Shown here piece by piece: positions 35,038 through 44,608 of a stretch of DNA of 50,815 bases. Within the stretch, counting starts at the first letter, position 1. Every line of letters begins with the position of its first letter. The DNA is from a virus (taxonomy: Duplodnaviria > Heunggongvirae > Uroviricota > Caudoviricetes): IMG/VR virus record IMGVR_UViG_3300033072_001087, positions 1 through 50,815 of that record; one strand, given 5' to 3'. The notes beneath the pieces were generated by a model that made no database searches, was not told the origin of the DNA, and saw nothing but the letters and a program-made list of their open reading frames with translations. Both the position numbers and the translations under genes were made by a program.

Positions 35038-35661
35038 TTAGAAATACTCGACGCGAATGGGAACGAGTGGGTGGTGACGAAGAAAGATGGTGATCGCCTG
35101 CAGATCGAGCGTGAGCCGATTGCGATAATGAACGCTGCTGCCGTACAGCAGAAAATGCAGCCAGAGCAGATCGTACATCCCACGCACCAGCGCATAGCCA
35201 AAGGCTTTTTGCTCCGGCTCTAGAATGCGTTCGACCGAGCCGATCAACATCCGTCGATAGTCGTTGTCGGAGCTGTCAAATGATCGTGTTACGAGTGCGT
35301 AGAGGTTTGCCATGTCGTAATTGCTCTCGATTGGTGTATCACTCTTTTTTGAGAGTTCGACCGCCCACGCCACCTCGCGCACAGCTACGGTACTGTACTG
35401 GTTGTAGATTAGCGGATCGATTTCGCGCGCGAAATCCAGCCACGCACGGAGCGCCGACTCGCGGGTCACAAAATGCAGGTGGTCATCGGCGGTTCTGAAC
35501 CAATCGAGTTGGTCGATGGCGTTCCACGCATCCTGCGGCGTCGCATAACGCGCAAAGAAATTTAACGCGCCGGTGCAGAATCGGTACTGGTAAAACGCGC
35601 CAGTAGACCAATGGTTGAGATGAAAGCAACGAATAACAGCTTGCGGGTATGGCGTACTCAT
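35038..35661 (-). CDS. hypothetical protein
   Basis: ORF. Confidence 0.6.
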   Translation of the reverse strand: MSTPYPQAVIRCFHLNHWSTGAFYQYRFCTGALNFFARYATPQDAWNAIDQLDWFRTADDHLHFVTRESALRAWLDFAREIDPLIYNQYSTVAVREVAWAVELSKKSDTPIESNYDMANLYALVTRSFDSSDNDYRRMLIGSVERILEPEQKAFGYALVRGMYDLLWLHFLLYGSSVHYRNRLTLDLQAITIFLRHHPLVPIRVEYF

Positions 35662-35774
35662 AACAGCCCCTTTGTGTTTGCGGACATAGCAGCGCGATTA
35701 AATCGCTTTAGCCGCGCTGGTTTATCGACAAACGAAGTTCCCCCGCCGTTTGTGACAGAGGGGGAACACTGAAC

Positions 35775-36065
35775 CTAGTCCAGATCGATCGGCACTTCGT
35801 AATGCGCAAGTTCGCGCTTTGGCGCGGCGTAATAAGAAACCGCGTCAAAGACTCCGTGCAAATAGCGAACGTGCTGCATTTTGAAGTTGATGTAGTGGCT
35901 AACATCCACGATGATCTGAGACGACATGAAGTCGTAGACAGCGAGAATCGCACTGTTCTCACCAGCTGCGCGCACGCACATATTATGTGCGGCGGCAGCG
36001 TCCAGATCATCAATCGGCACATCGATCGGTGTCGCGATCTTGAGAATATCGGCGCTATAACGCAT
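35775..36065 (-). CDS. hypothetical protein
   Basis: Start trimmed to MRYSAD. Confidence 0.55.
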   Translation of the reverse strand: MRYSADILKIATPIDVPIDDLDAAAAHNMCVRAAGENSAILAVYDFMSSQIIVDVSHYINFKMQHVRYLHGVFDAVSYYAAPKRELAHYEVPIDLD

Positions 36066-36067
36066 GA

Positions 36068-36277
36068 CTACTCGCCTCGCTTCCGCTTTTCCTTGCGAGA
36101 AACCGGGAACGATTCGCGCAGTGTCTCGTACAAATGCGCCGCGATCATGACGAACAGGAACAGCGCGATCATTCCTGCACAAACCTGTGGATAGGCTTGG
36201 ACAGGCCAGATCATCGATGCCGCAGCCAGAATCGACGCGATTGCGAAAATCAGATCGGCGCGTTTGATAGGGTTCAT
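36068..36277 (-). CDS. small membrane protein
   Basis: Two hydrophobic segments. Confidence 0.6.
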   Translation of the reverse strand: MNPIKRADLIFAIASILAAASMIWPVQAYPQVCAGMIALFLFVMIAAHLYETLRESFPVSRKEKRKRGE

Positions 36278-36732
36278 TCCGCAGCCTCGATTTTCTTTTC
36301 GCCGATGATGTTGACGAAGCGGTTTTTCCAGATCTTCAGCGCGGTCAGGTCGTCGTGACCTGCCATTTTGCGGGCCGCGTAAAAATTGGCGTAGGCAGCG
36401 TTTTCATCGATCCAATTTCCGACCGTGAATTCGGACAGCCCGTCTTCGTTGATGTAGACGACTGCGCCTTCGGTGACGGGCGGCGGCACGAGTTCGTAGC
36501 TGCGGCGAATCGGCAGCCCCATTTCGTGATGACGCACCAGATCGCGGAACAGCGCTTCCTGACGCAAAAACTCTGCGCGGTTGGAAACGTTGTAGAGACG
36601 CGAGCCGCGCGTGTAGGTCACGCGCAGAAACAACTGCCCACCCGTATCGGCGGTGATCATCTGACCGCACAGGAAGGCGCGCAGTTCGCTTGGCGAAAAA
36701 CCAGAACGAATTTTTAGTGCTTTGGTGTACAT
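36274..36732 (-). CDS. hypothetical protein
   Basis: AAGGAG SD; promoter upstream. Confidence 0.7.
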   Translation of the reverse strand: MYTKALKIRSGFSPSELRAFLCGQMITADTGGQLFLRVTYTRGSRLYNVSNRAEFLRQEALFRDLVRHHEMGLPIRRSYELVPPPVTEGAVVYINEDGLSEFTVGNWIDENAAYANFYAARKMAGHDDLTALKIWKNRFVNIIGEKKIEAAE

Positions 36733-36755
36733 GGTGAACTCCTTTGTTTCCTCTC

Positions 36756-36784
36756 ATTATACCACAGAACACAAAAACTGACTA
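36756..36784 (-). promoter_or_regulatory. sigma70-type promoter
   Basis: TAGTCA-17-TATAAT with TG extension. Confidence 0.5.
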
Positions 36785-37348
36785 GGGTAGAAGATGCGGA
36801 TCGAGCAAATGCTGAATGCGCGAGTGCGTATCACTAAAGGTGGAGGCTGCGACGTTATTAAACGTCTCGCCGAAGGCGCTCCAGATGCGCAGGTTGCGCG
36901 GCTGATTAGGATACTCGTAGGGCAAAACAGCCTGAAACGAGAGTTGTTTACAGAATCCGTGTAGATCGCCTGTGCCATCGATACGACGCCGGACCGCGAG
37001 ATACAGATCGCGGTCGGCATATTCCTTGACGATGAATGGCTTGAGCTTCGGCGACAGCATCAAACGCAGCCGGTGGGTGAGGGCTGCGTAAATGTCTGGC
37101 GCGTGCAGTTTGGGCAGCGTTTCAAATTTACCGTCTACCAGCGCGTCAATTCGCAGATCGAATGGCGCATACAGATCGAGCGCGTTATACGAGACCGAAA
37201 ACGCGCATTTTGGCACAAAGACGCACGGATGGGAGGCGGAATAGAAGCCGCGTTCGTGCACCCCAAAGAGCGACGCGCTGCCATCGCTGAAGTGCGACGA
37301 CATGGCGCGCAGATGGTATTGACGAAACTCCTTAACGTAGGTGATCAC
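36782..37348 (-). CDS. hypothetical protein
   Basis: GTGA-coupled start inferred. Confidence 0.5.
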   Translation of the reverse strand: MITYVKEFRQYHLRAMSSHFSDGSASLFGVHERGFYSASHPCVFVPKCAFSVSYNALDLYAPFDLRIDALVDGKFETLPKLHAPDIYAALTHRLRLMLSPKLKPFIVKEYADRDLYLAVRRRIDGTGDLHGFCKQLSFQAVLPYEYPNQPRNLRIWSAFGETFNNVAASTFSDTHSRIQHLLDPHLLP

Positions 37349-38139
37349 GATAGATTGTAAACCTCCATGAGTCCATCTCCGTTGACGCCGATCGGGATAT
37401 ATCCTGCCAGCCAAACCTCCATTCGCCGCTTTGCGGTTTCTTTTGTTTCCGCCGTCGCTTTCAGCATATACGGATCGGATGTAAATGCGCGTGCGTCAGC
37501 GAAGGCGATGTTGCTCAAAGCATAGAAAACAATCTCGTTGCGTAGAGACCGCGTTGAAACTTGATCGGGATAGGCGATGTTCACAAACGGCATGATCACA
37601 TCGTTCGCATAGATACGCACGGTGTTTGAGCGTATCCGAGCGCCGCGATCATCGAGAAAGCTGCGTGGCAGGTTATCACAATCGTAAAATTCCGTGTATC
37701 TGTCTGCTGTTGCACTGGAGATCACTTGACAGCGTTCCGGCAGAATGCCGTCAAACGACAGGAATTTAGCGCTTCGCAGTCGTTTGCCGAAATCAACGAG
37801 ATCGAGGAACCACTGCGGCGTCTGGACTTCTTCAAGCAAGCGAACATGAGACACAGCGATTTTGCCGTCGAGTTTGTAATGCACTTCATCCAGATCATCT
37901 CCATGCAGGCTCTTGTATTCCGCTTTCCAGATGCGGCAGTTTTCACTTAGCCACGTATCAATGTTCTGCCAATCGACCAAGTGGAAGCCTGACTCGCACG
38001 TCACCGGCGTTCCATTGAAATGCGCCCATTTGCCCGGCTTCTTGCCTTTTGGCAGATCGTAGGCGAAATTTCCGCCATAGATCGACTCGCCGTGCGCCCC
38101 CGTGACCTTATACAGCGTACCGCGAATTTCTTTTGCCAT
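37345..38139 (-). CDS. phage protein with a YK...C.xGFH...K domain
   Basis: LYKVT...PVTCESGFHLV...IWKAEY...KIAVSHVRLL. Confidence 0.6.
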   Translation of the reverse strand: MAKEIRGTLYKVTGAHGESIYGGNFAYDLPKGKKPGKWAHFNGTPVTCESGFHLVDWQNIDTWLSENCRIWKAEYKSLHGDDLDEVHYKLDGKIAVSHVRLLEEVQTPQWFLDLVDFGKRLRSAKFLSFDGILPERCQVISSATADRYTEFYDCDNLPRSFLDDRGARIRSNTVRIYANDVIMPFVNIAYPDQVSTRSLRNEIVFYALSNIAFADARAFTSDPYMLKATAETKETAKRRMEVWLAGYIPIGVNGDGLMEVYNLS

Positions 38140-38210
38140 TGCTTATTCCCTTTTCAATTACCCGACACAATCTCGCCGACAATCCGTGAATTGTCGGCGG
38201 TCAGCGGCGG

Positions 38211-38483
38211 CTAATCAGCGTAGATGATGGTTTTCATGATCGTATGAAGCTCGTAATTGACGTGTTGACACACGAAATGATCCTCTCCAGCGCCAACGGC
38301 AAAAACATACGCGTAACTTCGCTCGTCAGGATCGTCGAGCAGTGCAAATTTTCCGCCCTTCATGGTTGTCATTTTGTGTGAAGCGAGTCCGATTGACAAC
38401 ATATCAGGCCCCATTTCTGACAGACCCTTAATAACAATATCCCCGCCGTCAGGGTACATTTGACGCGCCAAGTTGATGTCCAT
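38211..38483 (-). CDS. hypothetical protein
   Basis: ORF. Confidence 0.55.
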   Translation of the reverse strand: MDINLARQMYPDGGDIVIKGLSEMGPDMLSIGLASHKMTTMKGGKFALLDDPDERSYAYVFAVGAGEDHFVCQHVNYELHTIMKTIIYAD

Positions 38484-38710
38484 TACGCGTCCTCCAAGCC
38501 GATAACGTCGCTCAGATCGTCGTTTTCGAGATCGAGCGCGAGAATATCGAAATTCCAGTCGCGCGCATAACTCAGATCGGTGGCGTCGCGTCCAAAGATG
38601 AAGCCTTCGTTCGGGTGAATCGTGATCGATTCTTTGCCGTCGTCATAGACGATGATGGTATAGGTACAGCGCGGGGTTTCGATGGTTTGGCGGTGGATGA
38701 TGTTAGCCAT
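38483..38710 (-). CDS. hypothetical protein
   Basis: AAGGAG SD before MANIIH. Confidence 0.55.
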   Translation of the reverse strand: MANIIHRQTIETPRCTYTIIVYDDGKESITIHPNEGFIFGRDATDLSYARDWNFDILALDLENDDLSDVIGLEDA

Positions 38711-39008
38711 GCTGCTCTCCTTGAAAAACATGAATGATTGCACTCTTGTCACCGACGAAGTGGCGGACGCAAACGAGAATGCGTTCAGCACGAAACAGCT
38801 TATGGCAAGCGACGTGCTTGCCGAGGGCATTGCGCTCGATATAGAGTTCGCCGCCGACGTTCTGAATTGAAGCCGCAACTACGGTATCGTCAAACAGCCA
38901 ATATACGCTCTCCGCAAATGGATGGAACTCGATGGCGCTGACGTGGTACTGATCGATCCAGTCCTTTACTGGCTGCGGTAAGTCGTTGTAGTTATACATC
39001 TTTTCCAT
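38703..39008 (-). CDS. hypothetical protein
   Basis: ORF. Confidence 0.55.
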   Translation of the reverse strand: MEKMYNYNDLPQPVKDWIDQYHVSAIEFHPFAESVYWLFDDTVVAASIQNVGGELYIERNALGKHVACHKLFRAERILVCVRHFVGDKSAIIHVFQGEQHG

Positions 39009-39015
39009 CCCTGCG

Positions 39016-39384
39016 CTAAAACGGCTTGTTCGAGTGTTTCCAGACGTGGCGGGAATGATACGATTCGTCCGCTGAAGCGTTGTTGGCGCTTATGGCGGCA
39101 TAATCAAATTCGACGCCGCTGTTGACCGGCACATACACCCCATTCACGACATGCGCGAAGATCAGATGATCGCGGAACAAGTTGTCGAAGGACGCAACGG
39201 CAATCCCGCGCAGATACGCCTGATCGACCCGCGTCAGGCGCTTATAGTCGGCGGTCTCATAGAGCTGCGAATTGAGCCGCTGAATCAGGGTATTAGACGT
39301 ATCCGAAAAATGGATGGCGAGATTGAAGATGTCATAGATGCGCGTCTTCAACTCGCTGACGCTTGCGTATTTCTTGTTGCTCAT
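39016..39384 (-). CDS. hypothetical protein
   Basis: ATGA-coupled; AAGGAG SD. Confidence 0.6.
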   Translation of the reverse strand: MSNKKYASVSELKTRIYDIFNLAIHFSDTSNTLIQRLNSQLYETADYKRLTRVDQAYLRGIAVASFDNLFRDHLIFAHVVNGVYVPVNSGVEFDYAAISANNASADESYHSRHVWKHSNKPF

Positions 39385-40070
39385 GGCAACTTCTCCTTTG
39401 CATACAGTGCGATGACAAATGTTTCGCCTGTAAGGACAATATTCGCGATATTGGGCATATCGGCGACCAACACGCACAGGTTCATGCCCCACGGATCCGC
39501 AGTCCAATCGACAGTGTAGTGCGATGGCTCGTCGATTGTTAATAGACGGCAGTCGAAATCGGCGTGGGTTGCGTAGACGATGACCTGTTCGATTTGGCTA
39601 TCACGATCGCGTTGACCTAAGTCACTGTCTTTTGCGATTACGCCGTATACAACGACATTTTCCGTCAACAGATATGCCATATTGTCCATGTATTCCTCGA
39701 CTGCCGACATAACGTTATCGGAGTCGAGAATCTGGCAGACCGACTCGATCAAAAGCGAATGGCGGCGCAGCAGTTCAGGCGGCGCGAGGTGCGGATAGAG
39801 GGTTTTCCAGCCATCGAACGTATACCCCTGACCGGGCGTTGGTTCGACTGCGCCGCTGAAAAGAACCTCAAAACCTGCCGGAAGCCGATCCGCGCTGCTT
39901 GCAAGCGCATATCCGTACCAGCCATCAGCGGTCTTGAAAATATAGACGTTACCCGCAATGCTTCCCATCACACGCTGAATCGCTTCCGCTTTGGCGTATT
40001 CCAGATCGTCGTAAACGACGATCGACGTTCCGCCAAACTTAATTCGTTTTTCAGCCAATTTTCGCCTCAA
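39381..40070 (-). CDS. hypothetical protein
   Basis: ORF; N-terminus resembles 40414..40707. Confidence 0.6.
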   Translation of the reverse strand: MRRKLAEKRIKFGGTSIVVYDDLEYAKAEAIQRVMGSIAGNVYIFKTADGWYGYALASSADRLPAGFEVLFSGAVEPTPGQGYTFDGWKTLYPHLAPPELLRRHSLLIESVCQILDSDNVMSAVEEYMDNMAYLLTENVVVYGVIAKDSDLGQRDRDSQIEQVIVYATHADFDCRLLTIDEPSHYTVDWTADPWGMNLCVLVADMPNIANIVLTGETFVIALYAKEKLP

Positions 40071-40413
40071 TCCGCGCGCGCAGCGCCAGCAGTTCCGCGT
40101 TCAATTCTGGATAGAACGAGAGAAACGATTCGACAATATGAAGAAGCTCATCGAGTTTCATGTCGGCTTCGAATGCGCTTTGCAACCAGAACCAATACAC
40201 GCCGAGATCATTTTGCGCGGCATCTGAAAAAAGCATCCGCCGTGATAAAGTGGCGTTATGAATCTGGAGATCGACGGCGTGTTCCATTTGCGCAATCGAC
40301 TCGCGCATAAAATCGAGGTACCGTTGGCGCTTGCGCGCGGCGATGGCTTCGGGGCTGCGCGCTTGTTCGGCGCGCGCCAATGAAGCTGCGATAATTTCGC
40401 GTATGTCTGACAT
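40051..40413 (-). CDS. hypothetical protein
   Basis: ORF. Confidence 0.6.
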   Translation of the reverse strand: MSDIREIIAASLARAEQARSPEAIAARKRQRYLDFMRESIAQMEHAVDLQIHNATLSRRMLFSDAAQNDLGVYWFWLQSAFEADMKLDELLHIVESFLSFYPELNAELLALRARIEAKIG

Positions 40414-40707
40414 TTAGAACTCCTTCCAGCCGCTAAAAACTCGATGTGCTTGCACGTAGTCGATCTCGGCGTATTTGACAATCTGCCAGCGCGTTTTCTT
40501 GATACGCGACTGGATGTCCTTTGGGCTGTCGGCTAACAGCCATCCGTACTGCCCATCTTCGGTGACAAAGACGAACGCATAATGCAGCCAGCCTTCTTCC
40601 AGTGCTGACTTGGCGTTTTCCAGCGCGGTCAGTTCATCGTCAAAGACGACAAACGACTCGTCGTCAACCGTTTTTACATCTGCCATCTTTCCCTCCTCTA
40701 ACTTCAA
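40414..40707 (-). CDS. hypothetical protein
   Basis: ORF. Confidence 0.6.
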   Translation of the reverse strand: MKLEEGKMADVKTVDDESFVVFDDELTALENAKSALEEGWLHYAFVFVTEDGQYGWLLADSPKDIQSRIKKTRWQIVKYAEIDYVQAHRVFSGWKEF

Positions 40708-40758
40708 CGATCAAGCCGCTACACAAACGCGCGTTTGTGTAGCGTAAGACTTCTGAAG

Positions 40759-41097
40759 TTAGCGCCGATTCCAGCGCTGGTGGATGATTCGGTAGGTATC
40801 GTCGTCGCGGCGCAAAACGGCGGTCACAACCAGTTCTTCGTGTCCGTTGACATAGAACGCGACACGAACCTTGAAGCGTTTAAAGCGAAACCAGCCGCCG
40901 CAGGTCGTCACACGGACAACGCATGGCGAGTGCGTAACATCGACCAGCGCCGCAACTTCCCTAACGCCGGGTTCGATCAGGTTCTCGTATTGATCGCGCC
41001 CGATCTTGTCGATGTCCTTATTCGCCGCTTCGGTATACGACAGCGCGCGGGGCGGATTCAGACGACTCATGCGTTGGAGCGGAGGCTTTTTACTCAT
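40759..41097 (-). CDS. hypothetical protein
   Basis: Start trimmed to overlap the upstream stop. Confidence 0.5.
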   Translation of the reverse strand: MSKKPPLQRMSRLNPPRALSYTEAANKDIDKIGRDQYENLIEPGVREVAALVDVTHSPCVVRVTTCGGWFRFKRFKVRVAFYVNGHEELVVTAVLRRDDDTYRIIHQRWNRR

Positions 41098-41860
41098 CAT
41101 CGCCGTCCATGTCGCTGATAGCGCGGTTTTCGATCTCGCGACGGTGGTTTGCGAAATAGTCGGCAATGTCGTTGTCTTCTGCTTCGCCCTCTGTGAACAA
41201 TTGTTCACAGCCGCTTGTTTGCTCGTTCGCATCCGCGCCTTCGGCGAGATCGCTTTCGCTCACAAGGCGCATCCGATATTCAGTCGGTGGGTAGTCTTCC
41301 TCATCGCCATCAACGTCGTGATCGATAACGGTTACTTCCAAGTCGGCGACATTGGTATTCCAATCGACAACGCATCCGCCTTCGACTTCGATCTTGATGA
41401 ACGGCGCGGCTTCGTAAATCTGCGGCGGGAAATCGAACGATTCGTCGGGCGACTCGGACGCGCCGTAATACGTCAAGACTACGGCGTCCGGGTCGGACGG
41501 ATCGATGGGCAGCTTGATCGAGAGCCAGAACGCGATGAAATCGTTGTGCCACAGAAAGTCGTGCTGGTACTGGATATGGTCCTTGTTGAACAGCAGGACT
41601 TCCAGCGGCGCTTGCAGGTTATCGAAGCGGACGCGTTGGGCGCGCAAGATTGCCGCGAGATCGGAATGGAAGTCGTTGTAATCCGCCTGCGTGTGCGTGA
41701 CGGCGTTGGTGGGGAACAGGTCGATAGTCACAGGCACAATCGCTTCAAATGGCGGGTAAACTGCCTCCGCGTTCAAGAGATCGGCGAACGCGGATTGTTT
41801 GCCGTTCAACCAATAGCCCGTTGGGACGAACGGGCGGATAAAGGGGATTCGGCGGGTCAT
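41090..41860 (-). CDS. hypothetical protein with acidic C-terminus
   Basis: ORF, 256 aa. Confidence 0.65.
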   Translation of the reverse strand: MTRRIPFIRPFVPTGYWLNGKQSAFADLLNAEAVYPPFEAIVPVTIDLFPTNAVTHTQADYNDFHSDLAAILRAQRVRFDNLQAPLEVLLFNKDHIQYQHDFLWHNDFIAFWLSIKLPIDPSDPDAVVLTYYGASESPDESFDFPPQIYEAAPFIKIEVEGGCVVDWNTNVADLEVTVIDHDVDGDEEDYPPTEYRMRLVSESDLAEGADANEQTSGCEQLFTEGEAEDNDIADYFANHRREIENRAISDMDGDDE

Positions 41861-42408
41861 GATCGGATGTCCTTAAAGAAGCGGGTAAAAAAGCCAACAC
41901 AGTCGATCGGGATCGTCCACTCGTGTCTCCACATAAAGCGCAGCGGATCTCCGTCGCCCGCCTCAACATCGCAAGAGCGGCGGACAAGTCTAATTTCACC
42001 GCTCGCGTCCTCGACCGTCCACGCGGCGAGGACTTCTTTCGCGCCGTAGATCCACGAGAAGAATAAATCCACATCGCGCGGACCTGTGGCGTTGGTCAAC
42101 AGCCTCAGCGCCTTCGCGCGGCGGTACTGGACGCGATCGGCGAGCATCTGCATATCCAGTCGCAGCCAGTCGGCGGTGTAGAATGGGGGGAGGCGATACG
42201 ACAGCGCAGCGCCGTCGATCTGGCGCGTTGTCAGCGGACGCGGATCGATGTCCTCCGGATCCATAATCACGGATTCGGCGGGCAAGAGCGCGGCGCTGCG
42301 ATACAACGAAGTAGACGGATGGAGCGTAGACAGCGCGGTGCGCATGGCACGCGGGCGATCCAGCGTCACGGCGTTGATGAACAAATCCTGCGCGGACAGA
42401 ATGGGCAT
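41857..42408 (-). CDS. hypothetical protein
   Basis: GAGGAG SD. Confidence 0.65.
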   Translation of the reverse strand: MPILSAQDLFINAVTLDRPRAMRTALSTLHPSTSLYRSAALLPAESVIMDPEDIDPRPLTTRQIDGAALSYRLPPFYTADWLRLDMQMLADRVQYRRAKALRLLTNATGPRDVDLFFSWIYGAKEVLAAWTVEDASGEIRLVRRSCDVEAGDGDPLRFMWRHEWTIPIDCVGFFTRFFKDIRS

Positions 42409-42440
42409 GGCTTTATCTCCTCAATAGACCAACAACACAA

Positions 42441-42484
42441 TGGCGGGGCAGGGGAGTCGAACCCCTGCGCGATTCCATTCCCGC
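42441..42484 (-). other. tRNA-like minihelix (short acceptor-like stem + T-arm) ending in CCA
   Basis: gcggg...gcagggg-TTCGACT-cccctgc-cccgcCA on the minus strand. Confidence 0.5.
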
Positions 42485-42486
42485 TT

Positions 42487-43116
42487 TTAATCTTCACGAC
42501 GCCAAACGCGAACGCGATTGCGCAGCGTCGGCAAGTGCTTGACTAGTGTTTCGACAAAACCGCTGGCGGCTGCAGATAGATATTCGTAGGACGCATCGAG
42601 CGGCGATCGCGTGGGAGTATGATAGCGGTAAACGATCGCGCCGCTTTCTTGCTCCGACTTAAACGCAAAATCATTCTTTACCAGCCACTTGACGAACGAG
42701 TGCGTTAGCGGGAGCTTAATCAGTACATTACCGCGCGCGCCGCTGTCGCAGACCCACACTTTTACGACCGGCGATCTATCGTCAAGTTGATTGCTATGCA
42801 AGACAGCAGCCATCGGCGTCAATTCCGCCGCTTTCGCTTTGCGATCAGCCGCTTCGACGCACAACTCATAGATGCGCTTGTACTTGGCGATCAGCGCGGT
42901 TTTATCCTTGCGCTTGACCTTCGCTGATTTTGGCGCGGGCTTGGGTTTGGCATTCGACGCTGACGCGCTTTTACGCTTGCGTTCGGCAATCTTGTCCAAC
43001 CACTTCTCGCGCGCAATCTTTTTGTGGGTGGCGCAGTACTTCGACTTCCCGACCGCTGTATGCCAGCAGTCCTCAATCGCGCATTTGCGCTTCTCAGCCG
43101 CGATCATTCGTACCAC
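42487..43116 (-). CDS. hypothetical basic protein with an N-terminal Cys/His motif
   Basis: CAIEDC...KYCATH. Confidence 0.6.
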   Translation of the reverse strand: MVRMIAAEKRKCAIEDCWHTAVGKSKYCATHKKIAREKWLDKIAERKRKSASASNAKPKPAPKSAKVKRKDKTALIAKYKRIYELCVEAADRKAKAAELTPMAAVLHSNQLDDRSPVVKVWVCDSGARGNVLIKLPLTHSFVKWLVKNDFAFKSEQESGAIVYRYHTPTRSPLDASYEYLSAAASGFVETLVKHLPTLRNRVRVWRRED

Positions 43117-43532
43117 ACCCCATCCTCAGAATAGGCGATCGAGACCACCGAAGATCGCTCATCATCCGCCGCCGCTACACACGCATACATCACGCACCCA
43201 TAGCCCGCGAGAACGTCAATGTCGATTTCGTACAGCGGCGTTACGATCTCGATGGTCGGCAGCGCATCGTCAAACGACGACGTGTTGACCAGATCGGCGT
43301 AGATGTTTTGAACGATCCGCTCGGCATACTTGCGCGCATCCTGCAAACAAGATGCGTAACGCGTATACTCGCCGCCATAGACTACGTAGCGCGGAACTAA
43401 TCCATCCTGCCGCAGATCGCGTAGATCGGGATGATCCGCCTCCGTTAGTTCGCGTATTACACGATTGCCCATTGCGCCAACTCCTGTGCGTGTGGCTAAA
43501 ATGATCAAAATTTCGGATGCAAGCGCATCCAA
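43104..43532 (-). CDS. hypothetical protein
   Basis: ORF after a TG-extended TATAAT at 43538-43543. Confidence 0.55.
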   Translation of the reverse strand: MDALASEILIILATRTGVGAMGNRVIRELTEADHPDLRDLRQDGLVPRYVVYGGEYTRYASCLQDARKYAERIVQNIYADLVNTSSFDDALPTIEIVTPLYEIDIDVLAGYGCVMYACVAAADDERSSVVSIAYSEDGVWYE

Positions 43533-43768
43533 CCCTCATTATACCATATCGTATAAAATATGAACAGACCCATTTGTGCCATCGCTTCCTTTCTATCCGC
43601 TTTCGCCGCCCCATGAATGCGGACGCGAACACTGGCGGAAAGATTGATGTGGAAGATGGCGGCGAGGGCTGCTCTCTCATTTTCCGCTCTCTTAGTCCGG
43701 CAAATATTGGGATATATATCCCAAGTTTGCGATAAAACGCGCATAAGTAGTCATTGGCGCTAGGTAAC

Positions 43769-43794
43769 AAAAAACCCGGTCGGTTGACCGGGTT
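43769..43794 (-). terminator. intrinsic terminator
   Basis: aacccggtc/gaccgggtt plus a T6 run on the minus strand. Confidence 0.75.
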
Positions 43795-43817
43795 GAAAGC
43801 GAATAAGTATGCGGTTA

Positions 43818-44420
43818 TTACAGCGGGTTTTCCAGTTGAGCGACATAGCGCACAACCGCCGACACGGTGTGGAAGGACGTTTTCGGCTGATCAACGATGA
43901 TGTCGAAAAACTCACCGCGCGTCTCAAACGCCGCATAGAGCAGCTCGATGTTCTTTTCCATCACGCCATCGGTGTTTGTCAGCACTTCACGGTAGACGCT
44001 GGCGATAGCGAGTTCGATCGCCGATGTATACGACGCGCCGATGATAAGCGCTTCGGTGATTTCGGCGTTCACACGGTTGCGGACAGCGGTGTATGCGTCC
44101 AGCACATGCGCCGATCCAGCGGATGCAACCGCTGCGAACTTGGTCAACCCGCGAGTCAGCGTGTAGGAGTTGATGGTGTAACCGTCTGGATTCTCGCCGG
44201 AGGTCAGGATAATTTTACTGAGAACGTCGATGGCTGCGTTGATGAGTTGCGCACGGCTAACGTGCAGCACTTCGCAGATCATCTTGATGTGGTCAAGGTC
44301 AAGCGCCGACACGGTGTTGAGCGCGTGCAGGGTCGCTTCGGCGGGAGTAACCGATTCCGCTTGAGCGACATATTCCGCTTTGCGAGCGATTTCATCGATG
44401 ATGTACTGAGGGGTAGCCAT
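43818..44420 (-). CDS. hypothetical helical protein
   Basis: AAGGAG SD; 200 aa. Confidence 0.7.
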   Translation of the reverse strand: MATPQYIIDEIARKAEYVAQAESVTPAEATLHALNTVSALDLDHIKMICEVLHVSRAQLINAAIDVLSKIILTSGENPDGYTINSYTLTRGLTKFAAVASAGSAHVLDAYTAVRNRVNAEITEALIIGASYTSAIELAIASVYREVLTNTDGVMEKNIELLYAAFETRGEFFDIIVDQPKTSFHTVSAVVRYVAQLENPL

Positions 44421-44608
44421 GCTTCAAACTCCTTAAATGACGTATTCTGCGATCAAGCCCAAATGTTGATCGCGGAATTCGCCGCTTAAAGCGCGTGATC
44501 GTAATATTCGATTTTTCGATGGTGAGCGAAGAATGCTATTAGTAAGCACCCTTCGCCACCGTCTGTGTTCAAACGATCAGTTGAAATTCGCCGTAACTAG
44601 TAATGTTT

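Noticed and set aside
41006-44489. Long plus-strand ORFs 41006..42049 and 43809..44489
   Set aside because: Antisense shadows of well-supported minus-strand genes that have SD sites.
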